DNA from: Candidatus Woesearchaeota archaeon
GTDB lineage: Archaea; Nanobdellota; Nanobdellia; SCGC-AAA011-G17; UBA489
Direction of reading: 5' to 3'
Length of the DNA: 64,000 nucleotides
Assembly: GCA_018302985.1 (NCBI GenBank)
Contig: JAGVZA010000014.1
Span: 7,184-71,183, forward strand
Of the stretch, positions 37,279 through 46,704 are shown in pieces (the first letter of the stretch is position 1; the number at the start of each line of letters is the position of its first letter). The translations under genes and the position numbers were made by a program. The notes below the pieces were generated by a model, which saw only the letters and a list, made by a program, of their open reading frames with translations, did not search any database and had not been told where the DNA came from.

Positions 37279-38871
37279 ATGTTAAATAAGCCCTATATGA
37301 TAGTCGACACTATAAAAGTAGTTCAAGAAGCTTCAAGGCTAGCAATAAAAGAGTTAGAAGGCATCTGTTTAGAAGAAGTACCTAGACTTGGCATTACAAA
37401 AACACATACTGATCTACTAGGAAGCCACACAGTTGTTACTTACCCCCCATTAGATGCATTAAGGGAAATAAATAGCGATCTTCTTTTTTCAGAGATACAG
37501 TTCCAAAATAGAATAGATGCCTATATGCATATTCCTTTCTGTGAATATCCTTGTAAATTTTGTCCATATACAACCATAGGGGTAAGAGGAAAAGATGGAG
37601 AACGAATTCCTGGTTATATAGATGCACTAAAAACTGAAGTAACAACTTGGGCAAAAAAACTTAATGAACAAGGAGCACAAGTACGATCACTCTATGTTGG
37701 TGGAGGAACTCCTTTCGCTATTCCGGAAGAGGATTTAGAAGATATTATCTCCTTTACTAAAAGAACCTTGCCATTTGTAGATCTGTCAGAAATTTGTGTA
37801 GAAACTTCTCCTCGTGCAACTCTCCAAGAAGAAGCAAAAAAGAAATTAGAAATGTTAAAAAGATTAGGTGTAACCAGGATGAGCATTGGAATACAATCTT
37901 TCGACTTTGAAAGTTTAAAAGACATGGCTCGAACTTTCCAAGGACATACTCCAGAAGATGAAGAAAGGGCTGTAAGAACTTTGCTTAATTCAGGTATTCC
38001 AAACGTGAATGTAGATATGATTCAAGATTTACCTATAAAATCAAGAGAGTATCTCGAGAGATTACAGCATGATTTACTAAAGATTGCTCAGTTAAGACCT
38101 CAGCATGTAACGTGGTATAATCTAAGATTAAGACCAGAAACAACCTATGCTAGACAAAAAGAAGGTAGGGTAAAACTGGTTACTGAAGAAGAAAGTCTAC
38201 ACACACGACTAACAATCTGGAATTTCATGGAGTCTATAGGATACGTAGTGCTAGAAGGAGATCGTTTTGCGTTAGCAGAATCCTATGAGGATCGATTTAG
38301 AAAAACAAGAGGATCTGTAACTACTGATTTATTGGGGATGGGTGTTTCAGCATATTCTCATGTGCAACCCGGCTTCTTTCAAAATACACGAGAAATAGGA
38401 TCGAATGTAAGAGCAGACTCTCAAAGAGCAATAGAAAAATACATGAAACAAGTTAGAGAAAAAGGTCATGCCATTACCTATGGATTTCCTTTAACACCAG
38501 ATGAATTATTAGCTGGAAAGCTTGCTTTAGGACTTAAAAAAGGAGTTTCACATGAAGAACTCCACGAGGCTTTAACATACGCGAGAGAATGCGGAGCGTA
38601 CAATGACATAATACTTCAACAGTCACATGAACTAATAGAAGCAGGTCTTCTAGAAGTTAGAGACGGAAGAATTCAATTTACAAGAAAAGGACGCTTGTTT
38701 GAAAATGAAATTTGTGCTAGATTTTACTCACCAAGAGTCATACATGCTGCACATGAGAGAAGAGGGACTCTAACACCAGAAATTACAAGTCAATATGAAC
38801 AATATAGGGGAAGACAAGAACTTGATCAAATAGCAGCAGAGCAGAGACCTCCATTTATATATCTTTCTTAG
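37279..38871 (+). CDS. HemN-like (class C) radical SAM enzyme
   Basis: YMHIPFCEYPCKFC, LYVGGGTP, RMSIGIQSF, NVDMI, LLGMGVSAYS. Confidence 0.85.
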   Translation: MLNKPYMIVDTIKVVQEASRLAIKELEGICLEEVPRLGITKTHTDLLGSHTVVTYPPLDALREINSDLLFSEIQFQNRIDAYMHIPFCEYPCKFCPYTTIGVRGKDGERIPGYIDALKTEVTTWAKKLNEQGAQVRSLYVGGGTPFAIPEEDLEDIISFTKRTLPFVDLSEICVETSPRATLQEEAKKKLEMLKRLGVTRMSIGIQSFDFESLKDMARTFQGHTPEDEERAVRTLLNSGIPNVNVDMIQDLPIKSREYLERLQHDLLKIAQLRPQHVTWYNLRLRPETTYARQKEGRVKLVTEEESLHTRLTIWNFMESIGYVVLEGDRFALAESYEDRFRKTRGSVTTDLLGMGVSAYSHVQPGFFQNTREIGSNVRADSQRAIEKYMKQVREKGHAITYGFPLTPDELLAGKLALGLKKGVSHEELHEALTYARECGAYNDIILQQSHELIEAGLLEVRDGRIQFTRKGRLFENEICARFYSPRVIHAAHERRGTLTPEITSQYEQYRGRQELDQIAAEQRPPFIYLS

Positions 38872-38912
38872 TAAAAAGAAACTTTTATATGCAGTAGCGT
38901 TAAAAAATAGGG

Positions 38913-39383
38913 ATGACATGGAAAGCTGAAAAGACTGGATTAACTAAAGAATTCAATTTCAATAATTTTGTTGAAGCAGTCGCATTCGTGGATAAAATAG
39001 TGCCTCTCGCAGAAGCAATGAATCATCACCCAGATGTTCTAATATATGCCTATAAAAAAGTAAAAATAACTCTATTTACTCACTCTGAAAAAAAGATTAC
39101 CAAAAAAGATTATATTTTAGCTAAAAGAATTGACCAAATCGAAAAAGACATTAAAAAAAATATAGAAAGAGTTGAAGAAATTATTAAGGAAGCGCATGAA
39201 GTAATAAGTCCAATAGAAATTAATAAAAGGCTTCCAGAAAAAATGAACGCTAATATCCTTCAAGGCATTCTTAGACATTTGCAAGAAAGTGGAAAAATAG
39301 AGTTTGCGCCAAAAGGTGTACTGTGGATTTGGGTAGAAAGAAAAGAACTTGATGCCTTAATAAAAAAAGGAAGAGAAATGTAA
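38913..39383 (+). CDS. Pterin-4a-carbinolamine dehydratase fused to a winged-helix domain
   Basis: FNNFVEAVAFVDKI..LAEAMNHHPD, TH, KDYILAKRID; C-terminal wHTH. Confidence 0.8.
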   Translation: MTWKAEKTGLTKEFNFNNFVEAVAFVDKIVPLAEAMNHHPDVLIYAYKKVKITLFTHSEKKITKKDYILAKRIDQIEKDIKKNIERVEEIIKEAHEVISPIEINKRLPEKMNANILQGILRHLQESGKIEFAPKGVLWIWVERKELDALIKKGREM

Positions 39384-39431
39384 AAAGAAAACAACCAATA
39401 TTGTTATAAAGGTAAAAGATATAGAAAAACT

Positions 39432-39818
39432 ATGGCAAAAGTCTATAACTATACAGTATTAATAGAACAAGATGAAGATGGTATCTATGTAGCTAAAGTT
39501 CCAGACATCCCTGGATGCTATACACAGGGAAAAACTGTGGAACAAGTCATGGAAAGAATTAAAGAAGCAATCGAAGTTTGTTTGGAAGCTGAAAAAGTAA
39601 CTTATCAGCCGTTAAAGTTTGTAGGTATCCAGCAAATTTTAGGGTTTCAACTTATTCATCAAAGTGGAAGTCATACTCGATATAAACATGCAGATGGTCG
39701 TCTTACTGTTGTTCCAGTCCATGGGAATGAAGATTTAGGAAAGGGGTTGCTCTCGGAAATTCTAAAACAAATTAAACTTGATAGAGAAGAATATGATAAA
39801 TTAAGAAGAAAAGTATAG
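39432..39818 (+). CDS. In-frame HicB-HicA fusion
   Basis: HicB (EQDEDGIYVAKVPDIPGCYTQGKT) then HicA (LGF..HQSGSH..YKH.DGR.TVVP.H...LGKGLLSEILKQ). Confidence 0.82.
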   Translation: MAKVYNYTVLIEQDEDGIYVAKVPDIPGCYTQGKTVEQVMERIKEAIEVCLEAEKVTYQPLKFVGIQQILGFQLIHQSGSHTRYKHADGRLTVVPVHGNEDLGKGLLSEILKQIKLDREEYDKLRRKV

Positions 39819-39823
39819 CTACA

Positions 39824-40771
39824 ATGTCCTTCCTCAAGAAATACAACTTCAAATCCAACTTATTCTTCTCGCCTATGGAGGCGTGTTCAGACGTAGCCAT
39901 GCGTACTCTCTGCTATGAGCAAGGCGCAGCTTTAACCTATATCGAAATGATTCGTGCTTATGCCTTAACAAAAAAGAAACAACGTTTTCTAGAAAAATTA
40001 GATCCATCTCCAAACATTCGTCAAGGTCTCCAGTTGGCAGCAGTCAAAGTCAATGAATTAAAGAAAACTTTAGTTATGATTAAAACAAAACAACAAGAAC
40101 AAGATCCAAGATTTATACATATTGAAACTATCGATCTTAACTTAGGTTGTCCATCTCCTGGATTAATCAGTGAGGGTGGTGGTCCAGCATTAATCAAACG
40201 AGCAAATAGAGTCAAAGAGCTTTTTGAAACATTAAGATCAACCTGGGAAGGTCCAGTATCAGCAAAAATGAGACTAGGTATGACTCAAATGGAAAAAGAA
40301 AAGAAAATCTATCTCAAAATCCTTAACGTTGCAGAAGAAGTAGGTATGGATTGGATAACAGTACATCCTAAAACAGTTAAAGATCCTTCTCGCGATCCTA
40401 TAGACTTGAGAGCTTTGCAAGAATGTGTAGAAAATACATCCACTCCCATTATTGGAAATGGTCTAGTAACAGACGAAGCATCAGCACAAACAGTGTTGAA
40501 GACAGGTGTCAAGGGCATTATGATCGCGCGTGCAGCAGTAGCAGATCCCTTCATTTTCAAACGACTCAAATATTATGAAGAGACTGGAAAAAAACTACAA
40601 CAACCAACAAAACAAGAATACGAGCAAGCGTTCAAGAGATATCTAGAATTAGCAAACCAAGCAAAAATTCCGCAATATTATATTGAGTATCATACCAGAA
40701 TGTTCCAGTTAAAGATCAATAATCAATGGGATCATTTCCACAGTCCTAAAACTATGGAACAGTGGACTTAA
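39824..40771 (+). CDS. dus: tRNA-dihydrouridine synthase family protein
   Basis: SPMEACSD, IDLNLGCP, VSAKMR, ITVHPKT, IIGNG, GIMIARAA. Confidence 0.9.
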   Translation: MSFLKKYNFKSNLFFSPMEACSDVAMRTLCYEQGAALTYIEMIRAYALTKKKQRFLEKLDPSPNIRQGLQLAAVKVNELKKTLVMIKTKQQEQDPRFIHIETIDLNLGCPSPGLISEGGGPALIKRANRVKELFETLRSTWEGPVSAKMRLGMTQMEKEKKIYLKILNVAEEVGMDWITVHPKTVKDPSRDPIDLRALQECVENTSTPIIGNGLVTDEASAQTVLKTGVKGIMIARAAVADPFIFKRLKYYEETGKKLQQPTKQEYEQAFKRYLELANQAKIPQYYIEYHTRMFQLKINNQWDHFHSPKTMEQWT

Positions 40772-40826
40772 TCACCGTATGTAAAAAGATAAAAGAAGTT
40801 TTAATAAAGGTTCAGAAACATCAGAA

Positions 40827-41090
40827 TTAATTTTTTCGTGAAAATCGGTAAAGAGCGCCTAAAGCAAGAACTCCAATACCTATAATACTAGCACCGATAT
40901 ATTGAGAGGCTTCATGTCTATAGATTCCTAAAGGCATTATTTCACGTGGTATTTCTGCGATCTCTGCTATATAATTAGGATCGGAATTTAAACTAGTGCT
41001 TTCAACCAACATCTCAACACCCAAAGCAATATTCAGTCCTGCAAGTACTACGTCTAATTTCGCAAGTGTGCTTTCTTCGGGAAGTTTCAT
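40827..41090 (-). CDS. Small membrane protein
   Basis: Two hydrophobic segments. Confidence 0.55.
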   Translation of the reverse strand: MKLPEESTLAKLDVVLAGLNIALGVEMLVESTSLNSDPNYIAEIAEIPREIMPLGIYRHEASQYIGASIIGIGVLALGALYRFSRKN

Positions 41091-41177
41091 AATATTGTAG
41101 TTTAAAGAAGGTTTTTAAGTCTTTCTATTATAACTACTATATAGTTAATAAATAAGGTATAATACTCTAAGAAAACC

Positions 41178-41201
41178 TTATAAATAAGCTACCAACTGGT
41201 A
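41178..41201 (+). promoter_or_regulatory. TATA box and downstream palindrome of the LAGLIDADG-suf operon
   Basis: TTATAAATA at 41178, then TACCA-AC-TGGTA at 41190-41201; ATG at 41208. Confidence 0.5.
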
Positions 41202-41207
41202 AGATAT

Positions 41208-41795
41208 ATGAAATCTCACATAAATCACCAATCTCTGGAAAACAGCCACAATGTAAGTAAACAATGGCTTCTAGGCTTTATAGAGAGTGCTGCAGTATTT
41301 AGTATTATTATCAAAAAAAGCAAAAATACTTTAGGGCAGCAAATTGTAGCAGATTTTACCATTAAATTACCAGGATCAGAAGTAGGTATCTTAGAAAAAA
41401 TAAAAGAAGTATTGCAAGCAGGTAATATTTACTATAGAAACAAAGAAACCAAAGATGAAGCAATATTAAAAGCAACAAAATTAGAAGAAGTAAAAAACAT
41501 TGTAAATTTATTCAAGCCGACAGATTTTCTCTCAGAGACAAAAAGAAAGAAGTTTGAAACATGGTCAGAGTGTATAGCTATCATAGAAAAGAAACAACAT
41601 TTAACAAAAGAAGGATTTCTCAAAATTGCATTATTGCGTGATGTGCTTAATTACAAGAAGAAGCAATGGAACAAGAAAAAGTATTGTCATGTACGTTTGG
41701 AAATTGATCCTTGTCATGTCTATCAAAAAGAAAAGAAACTCCCAGAGACTTGTCAACTTTGTTTCAAAGGGCATCTCAAGGAAGCAACACAATGA
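41208..41795 (+). CDS. Single-motif LAGLIDADG-fold protein, catalytically degenerate, with four-Cys C-terminal tail
   Basis: WLLGFIESAAVFSI, ILEKIKEVLQAG.I, K.KKFETW, HLTKEG; tail C-x8-C-x12-C-x2-C. Confidence 0.8.
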   Translation: MKSHINHQSLENSHNVSKQWLLGFIESAAVFSIIIKKSKNTLGQQIVADFTIKLPGSEVGILEKIKEVLQAGNIYYRNKETKDEAILKATKLEEVKNIVNLFKPTDFLSETKRKKFETWSECIAIIEKKQHLTKEGFLKIALLRDVLNYKKKQWNKKKYCHVRLEIDPCHVYQKEKKLPETCQLCFKGHLKEATQ

Positions 41796-43201
41796 CTGAC
41801 CAAGAATTCTGGAAGATTGATGCGGATTATTTTGAACATAAAGTTACTCAGAAGTATGAAATGCAAACAGCTCCAGGTTTAACAGAAGACACTATTCGTC
41901 AAATATCAGCAGATAAGAAAGAACCTCAATGGATGCTTGACTTTAGATTGAAATGCTTTGAGCTCTACAAAAAATTACCTATGCCTAACACTTGGCCAGA
42001 TGGTCCAGATCTCAAGGAATTAGATTTAGCTAGTATCTCTTATTATATCAAGCCAGGAACAAAAACAGAAAGTGATTGGAATAAAGTCCCGGCAGAAATT
42101 AAGAAAACATTTGAACGTTTAGGCATTCCAGAAGCTGAACGTCGTTCATTGGCAGGCGCTGGCGCGCAGTTTGAGTCAGAAGTAGTATATCATAATCTCA
42201 AGAAGCAATGGGAAGATCTTGGTGTTATATTTACTGATTGTGACGTAGCTTTGAAAGAACATGAAGAACTTTTTAGAAAACATTTCATGAAGTGTGTTCC
42301 TCCAACTTTGCATAAATTTGCAGCTTTGCATGGTGCAGTCTGGTCTGGTGGCACATTTATTTATGTTCCAAAAGGAGTCAAAGTAGGTCTGCCTCTCCAA
42401 GCATATTTCAGAATGAATGTTGCAGGTGCTGGACAATTTGAACATACTTTAATTATAGTTGATGATGGTGCAGAAGTAAATTATATCGAGGGCTGTAGTG
42501 CACCAAGTTACACAGAAAGTTCTCTCCATGCGGGTTGTGTAGAAATCTTTGTCAACAAAGGTGCTCGCGCTCGCTACTCATCCATGGAAAATTGGGCAAA
42601 GAATGTCTTTAATCTCAACACCAAGCGTGCAATCGTGGATGAAGATGGCATTATAGAGTGGGTCAATGGAAACATGGGATCAAAAACTACAATGTTATAT
42701 CCATGTTCAATCTTAAAAGGAAAAGGTGCACGTTCAGATTTCTTAGGCATCGCAGTTGCCTCCAAAGGTCAATTCCAAGATACAGGTGCAAAAGTAATTC
42801 ATGCAGCTCCTAACACAACATCTACTATTCGTTCAAAGTCTATCAGTAAAGATGGCGGCATTACAACTTATCGTGGTTTAGTACAGATAGCAAAGCAGGC
42901 AGCAAATGCAAAAGTGCATGTCCAATGTGATGCTTTAATGTTAGACGATCTCTCAAAATCAAACACTGTCCCTTACATAGATGTTGATAATAAAACCGCA
43001 GAAGTTGGTCATGAAGCAACAGTCTCCAAGATTGGTGATGAGCAATTATTTTACTTAATGTCCCGCGGTCTATCAGAAGAGCAAGCTCGGCAGATGATTG
43101 TCTCAGGATTTATTGAACCTATTATCAAAGCATTGCCTATTGAATACGCCGTCGAATTAAATCGATTAATCGAATTGGAAATGGAGAATGCTCTTGGTTA
43201 G
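41792..43201 (+). CDS. sufB: Fe-S cluster assembly protein SufB
   Basis: GAQFESEVVYH, AVWSGGTFIYVP, GQFEHTLI, YIEGCSAP, GHEATVSKI; ATGA overlap with upstream gene. Confidence 0.95.
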   Translation: MTDQEFWKIDADYFEHKVTQKYEMQTAPGLTEDTIRQISADKKEPQWMLDFRLKCFELYKKLPMPNTWPDGPDLKELDLASISYYIKPGTKTESDWNKVPAEIKKTFERLGIPEAERRSLAGAGAQFESEVVYHNLKKQWEDLGVIFTDCDVALKEHEELFRKHFMKCVPPTLHKFAALHGAVWSGGTFIYVPKGVKVGLPLQAYFRMNVAGAGQFEHTLIIVDDGAEVNYIEGCSAPSYTESSLHAGCVEIFVNKGARARYSSMENWAKNVFNLNTKRAIVDEDGIIEWVNGNMGSKTTMLYPCSILKGKGARSDFLGIAVASKGQFQDTGAKVIHAAPNTTSTIRSKSISKDGGITTYRGLVQIAKQAANAKVHVQCDALMLDDLSKSNTVPYIDVDNKTAEVGHEATVSKIGDEQLFYLMSRGLSEEQARQMIVSGFIEPIIKALPIEYAVELNRLIELEMENALG

Positions 43202-43209
43202 CAACAGCA

Positions 43210-44307
43210 ATGACACAGTTACCTTTGCCTCAACTAAAGTACGGATTGACAACATATGTTTCTCTAGAAAAATTCTCAGTAGATAAAGTAGCAAAGGCCG
43301 CTCTCACTGCTAGTCCCTATACTGCTCAAGGAGCTGAAAAGATACAAATACAAGATCTCAAAGAATTCTGGCAGTCACCAAGAGGAAAAGCAATCTTTCA
43401 AATTCTACAAAAGCAGCCAACTAATTTCATAGAAGACATCCAAAATAAAGCACTGCAGCAAGGAAAAGCAATTATCATTCCGACAAATACCATTTTAGTA
43501 AATCCAGTCTTATTGCAAAAGCATTGTACAACAACAGTAGATGCAGATACACTTATTATCATCGCAGAAAAAAACAGTCAATCTTCCATTGTAGAGTCAG
43601 TAACTTCAACAGCAGATTGTTATCTCAGAACGCAACGTTTGCATATTATTCTCGAAGAAAATGCACAATTATCTTATTGTAACGTCCAAAATTTAAATAA
43701 AAAGACTTATAATTTCATCAGCAAAACAGCAAACACAGGCAGACAAGCAAAAATCTACTGGATTGATGGTTGCTTTGGTAGCATATTCACAACATCCATG
43801 ATTCACACAACATTATCTGGAGAATTTTCTAGTATGGAAGCGGACACTATGTTTTTCTCGCAGCTAGAACAGCAATTTGATCTGGCCGTAGAAGCACAGC
43901 ATCTTGCTCCACACACAACATCAGACATGCGAACCAAAGGCGTAGGTAAGGATAGCAGTAAAACAGTCTATAGAGGCAACATCAAGATTCATGAAAATGC
44001 CCATAACAGCGTCGGATATCAAAAAGAAGATACTTTAATCTTAAGCGATAATGCAACAGTAGATGCCATTCCTAAATTAGAAATTGACAATCATGATGTT
44101 AAATGCAAGCATGGTGCTACAGTCGGTCAAATCGATCGTGAAAAAGTATTTTATTTAACATCCCGTGGATTAAGTGATGGAGAAGCGCAAGCAACTATCG
44201 TCCGAGGTTTCTTTGCTCCCATCATTCAAAAGATTAACGCAGAAGAATTAAAAGAACGTCTCCATGAAGAGATTGAAGAAAAAACTGCATTCCTAATCGA
44301 ACAATGA
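43210..44307 (+). CDS. sufD: Fe-S cluster assembly protein SufD
   Basis: Beta-helix repeats; IPKLEIDNHDVKCKHGATVGQID...FYL.SRG. Confidence 0.92.
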   Translation: MTQLPLPQLKYGLTTYVSLEKFSVDKVAKAALTASPYTAQGAEKIQIQDLKEFWQSPRGKAIFQILQKQPTNFIEDIQNKALQQGKAIIIPTNTILVNPVLLQKHCTTTVDADTLIIIAEKNSQSSIVESVTSTADCYLRTQRLHIILEENAQLSYCNVQNLNKKTYNFISKTANTGRQAKIYWIDGCFGSIFTTSMIHTTLSGEFSSMEADTMFFSQLEQQFDLAVEAQHLAPHTTSDMRTKGVGKDSSKTVYRGNIKIHENAHNSVGYQKEDTLILSDNATVDAIPKLEIDNHDVKCKHGATVGQIDREKVFYLTSRGLSDGEAQATIVRGFFAPIIQKINAEELKERLHEEIEEKTAFLIEQ

Positions 44308-45521
44308 AAACGCTAATTCCAAAAGAAATCAAGAATGATTTTCCTATTTTCAAAAGAAAGATCCATGGTAAGTCATTAGTCTATCTAGACAGTGCTTCCA
44401 GTTCACAAAAGCCAAAGCAAGTAATCGAAGCATTAAGCAACTATTATGAAAAGATGCATGCTAATATCCATCGTGGAATTTATACCTTGAGTGAAGAAGC
44501 TACATTAGCTTATGAAGATGCACACAGAAAAGTTGCTCGTTTGATCAATGCAAAATTCAAAGAAATCATTTTTACAAAAAATACTACAGAAAGTATAAAC
44601 CTCTTAGCATATAGTCTTGGATTAGAATTGAAGAAAGGTGATGAGATACTTTTGACAGAAATGGAGCATCATGCTAATCTCGTCCCATGGCAGCAAATTG
44701 CAAAACGTGTTGGTGCAGTTGTTAAATTTATCAAAGTGAATAAAGAGGGAGAATTAATAGTAGATGAGCAGCTTTTCACAAAGAAAACAAAAATAGTTGC
44801 AGTTACTCACATTTCCAATGTTCTCGGAACAATTAATCCCATTGCAGAAATTATCGGTAAAGGACATAAAGTAGGTGCGAAAGTTGTTATTGATGCAGCT
44901 CAAAGTATTCCACACATGCCTTTCGACGTCAAGGCGTTAGATGCAGATTTCGTTGCTTTCTCCAGTCACAAAATGCTAGGCCCAACTGGTATCGGTGTCT
45001 TATATGGCAAGCAAGAACTCTTAGAACAAATGACTCCATTTCTCTACGGCGGAGATATGATCAAAGAAGTAACTTTAGAAGACAGTACCTTCAATGACTT
45101 GCCTTGGAAATTCGAAGCTGGAACTCCTAACATTGCTGGTGGTATTGCTTTTGGAACAGCAGTGGAATATTTAACTAACATTGGTATGCATAACATCGAG
45201 CAGCATGATAAAGAACTTTTAAAATATGCTCATGAACAATTGTCCAAGGTAAAAGGAATAACTATCTATGGTCCAAAAGATCTAAAGAAAAAGTCAAGCA
45301 TCATCGCATTCAACTTTGAAGATATTCATCCTCATGATGTTTCTTCTATTCTAGATACAGAAGGTATTGCTATTCGTGGTGGACATCATTGTGCTATGCC
45401 TCTGATGAAAATATTAAACTTGCAGTCAAGCTGTCGTCTCTCATTGTACTTATACAACACAACCGAAGACATTGATGCTCTCGTAAAAGCTTTGGAAAAA
45501 GTCAGGAAGGTGTTCAAGTAA
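44304..45521 (+). CDS. sufS: Cysteine desulfurase SufS
   Basis: YLDSASSSQKP, NIHRG, MEHHAN, FSSHKMLGPTG, RGGHHCA. Confidence 0.95.
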   Translation: MKTLIPKEIKNDFPIFKRKIHGKSLVYLDSASSSQKPKQVIEALSNYYEKMHANIHRGIYTLSEEATLAYEDAHRKVARLINAKFKEIIFTKNTTESINLLAYSLGLELKKGDEILLTEMEHHANLVPWQQIAKRVGAVVKFIKVNKEGELIVDEQLFTKKTKIVAVTHISNVLGTINPIAEIIGKGHKVGAKVVIDAAQSIPHMPFDVKALDADFVAFSSHKMLGPTGIGVLYGKQELLEQMTPFLYGGDMIKEVTLEDSTFNDLPWKFEAGTPNIAGGIAFGTAVEYLTNIGMHNIEQHDKELLKYAHEQLSKVKGITIYGPKDLKKKSSIIAFNFEDIHPHDVSSILDTEGIAIRGGHHCAMPLMKILNLQSSCRLSLYLYNTTEDIDALVKALEKVRKVFK

Positions 45522-45522
45522 C

Positions 45523-45915
45523 ATGGACATGTATATGGAAGAGATTTTGGAACATTACAAGCATCCACGAAATAAAGGAACTATAACTAATCCAGACATT
45601 CAATTTAAAGATCAAAATACTTTATGTGGTGATGAAATCCAAGTCTATTTGAAACTAGATAAGAAGAAAATGATCACAGATATAAAAACTGAAGGAAAAG
45701 GCTGTGCTATTTCCCAAGCTGCAGCTAGTATGTTAACAGATGCGGTGAAAGGAAAAACTATAGAAGAAGCCAGAAAATTGAAAAATGAGTTTGTCTTTGA
45801 CTTGTTACAAATTCAACTAAGTCCAGTCAGAGTTAAATGTGCATTATTAGCCTTATTCGCTGTCAAAAAAGGAATCTACAAATATTTAGGAGAGCATTAC
45901 CATGACGAAGAATAA
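45523..45915 (+). CDS. sufU: SufU/IscU-type scaffold or sulfurtransferase
   Basis: ILEHYKHPRN, NTLCGD, GCAISQA, RVKCA. Confidence 0.92.
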   Translation: MDMYMEEILEHYKHPRNKGTITNPDIQFKDQNTLCGDEIQVYLKLDKKKMITDIKTEGKGCAISQAAASMLTDAVKGKTIEEARKLKNEFVFDLLQIQLSPVRVKCALLALFAVKKGIYKYLGEHYHDEE

Positions 45916-46642
45916 ACTCCTCATCCAAATCAAAGATTTAGAAGTAACTATTGACGGAAAAGAAATATTAAAAGGTGTTAATTTAGAAGTCAATGAAGGA
46001 GAAGTAGCTGTCTTAATGGGTCCTAACGGTTCTGGTAAATCAACACTCTCTTTTGCTTTAATGGGTCATCCCAAATATATAATCACCAAAGGATCAATCA
46101 TCTATAAAGGAGAGAATATCACAAAGATATCTCCAACAGAACGTTCCAAAAAAGGAATGTTTTTGTCTTTCCAATATCCTAGTGAGATTGCTGGAGTCAC
46201 TATTGCTAACTTTCTAAGAACTGCATTGAATGCGCGTCGCAAAGAAAAATTAAATCCTCTAGAGTTCAGAAAAATGTTAAAGGAAAAAATGAAAGAACTC
46301 CACTTTGACGAACAATTCGCTAACCGTTATTTGAACGAAGGATTCTCTGGTGGAGAGAAGAAAAAAGCAGAAATGCTTCAATTAGCAGTGTTACAGCCAA
46401 CCTTAGCTATTTTAGATGAAACTGATTCTGGCACTGATGTGGACGCGTTAAAAATTATTGGGAATACTATCAAAGCTATCCAAAAAGAAACCAAGATGAC
46501 TGTGTTAATCATTACGCATTATAATAGAATTCTCCAATATCTTGATGTAGACAAAGTGTATGTCATGGAACAGGGAAAAATAACTCGTTCTGGCGATGTA
46601 AAGTTAGCGCATGAGATTGAGAAGACTGGTTATAAAAAATAG
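45902..46642 (+). CDS. sufC: Fe-S assembly ABC ATPase SufC
   Basis: GPNGSGKS, NEGFSGGEKKK, ILDETDSG. Confidence 0.95.
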   Translation: MTKNKLLIQIKDLEVTIDGKEILKGVNLEVNEGEVAVLMGPNGSGKSTLSFALMGHPKYIITKGSIIYKGENITKISPTERSKKGMFLSFQYPSEIAGVTIANFLRTALNARRKEKLNPLEFRKMLKEKMKELHFDEQFANRYLNEGFSGGEKKKAEMLQLAVLQPTLAILDETDSGTDVDALKIIGNTIKAIQKETKMTVLIITHYNRILQYLDVDKVYVMEQGKITRSGDVKLAHEIEKTGYKK

Positions 46643-46704
46643 TCACTAACTAGGAAAGAAGAATAGCACTAACATTTAATAAGGAAAAAGAGATACATAA
46701 AATC

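Noticed and set aside
41711-41791. Longer sufB N-terminus given by the ORF track
   Set aside because: It overlaps the LAGLIDADG C-terminus; ATG 41792 gives an ATGA coupling and a plausible SufB start.
41208-43201. Active homing endonuclease, intron or intein in sufB
   Set aside because: The LAGLIDADG ORF is separate and upstream, and lacks the catalytic acid. SufB from 41792 is normal length (~470 aa) with no intein motifs.
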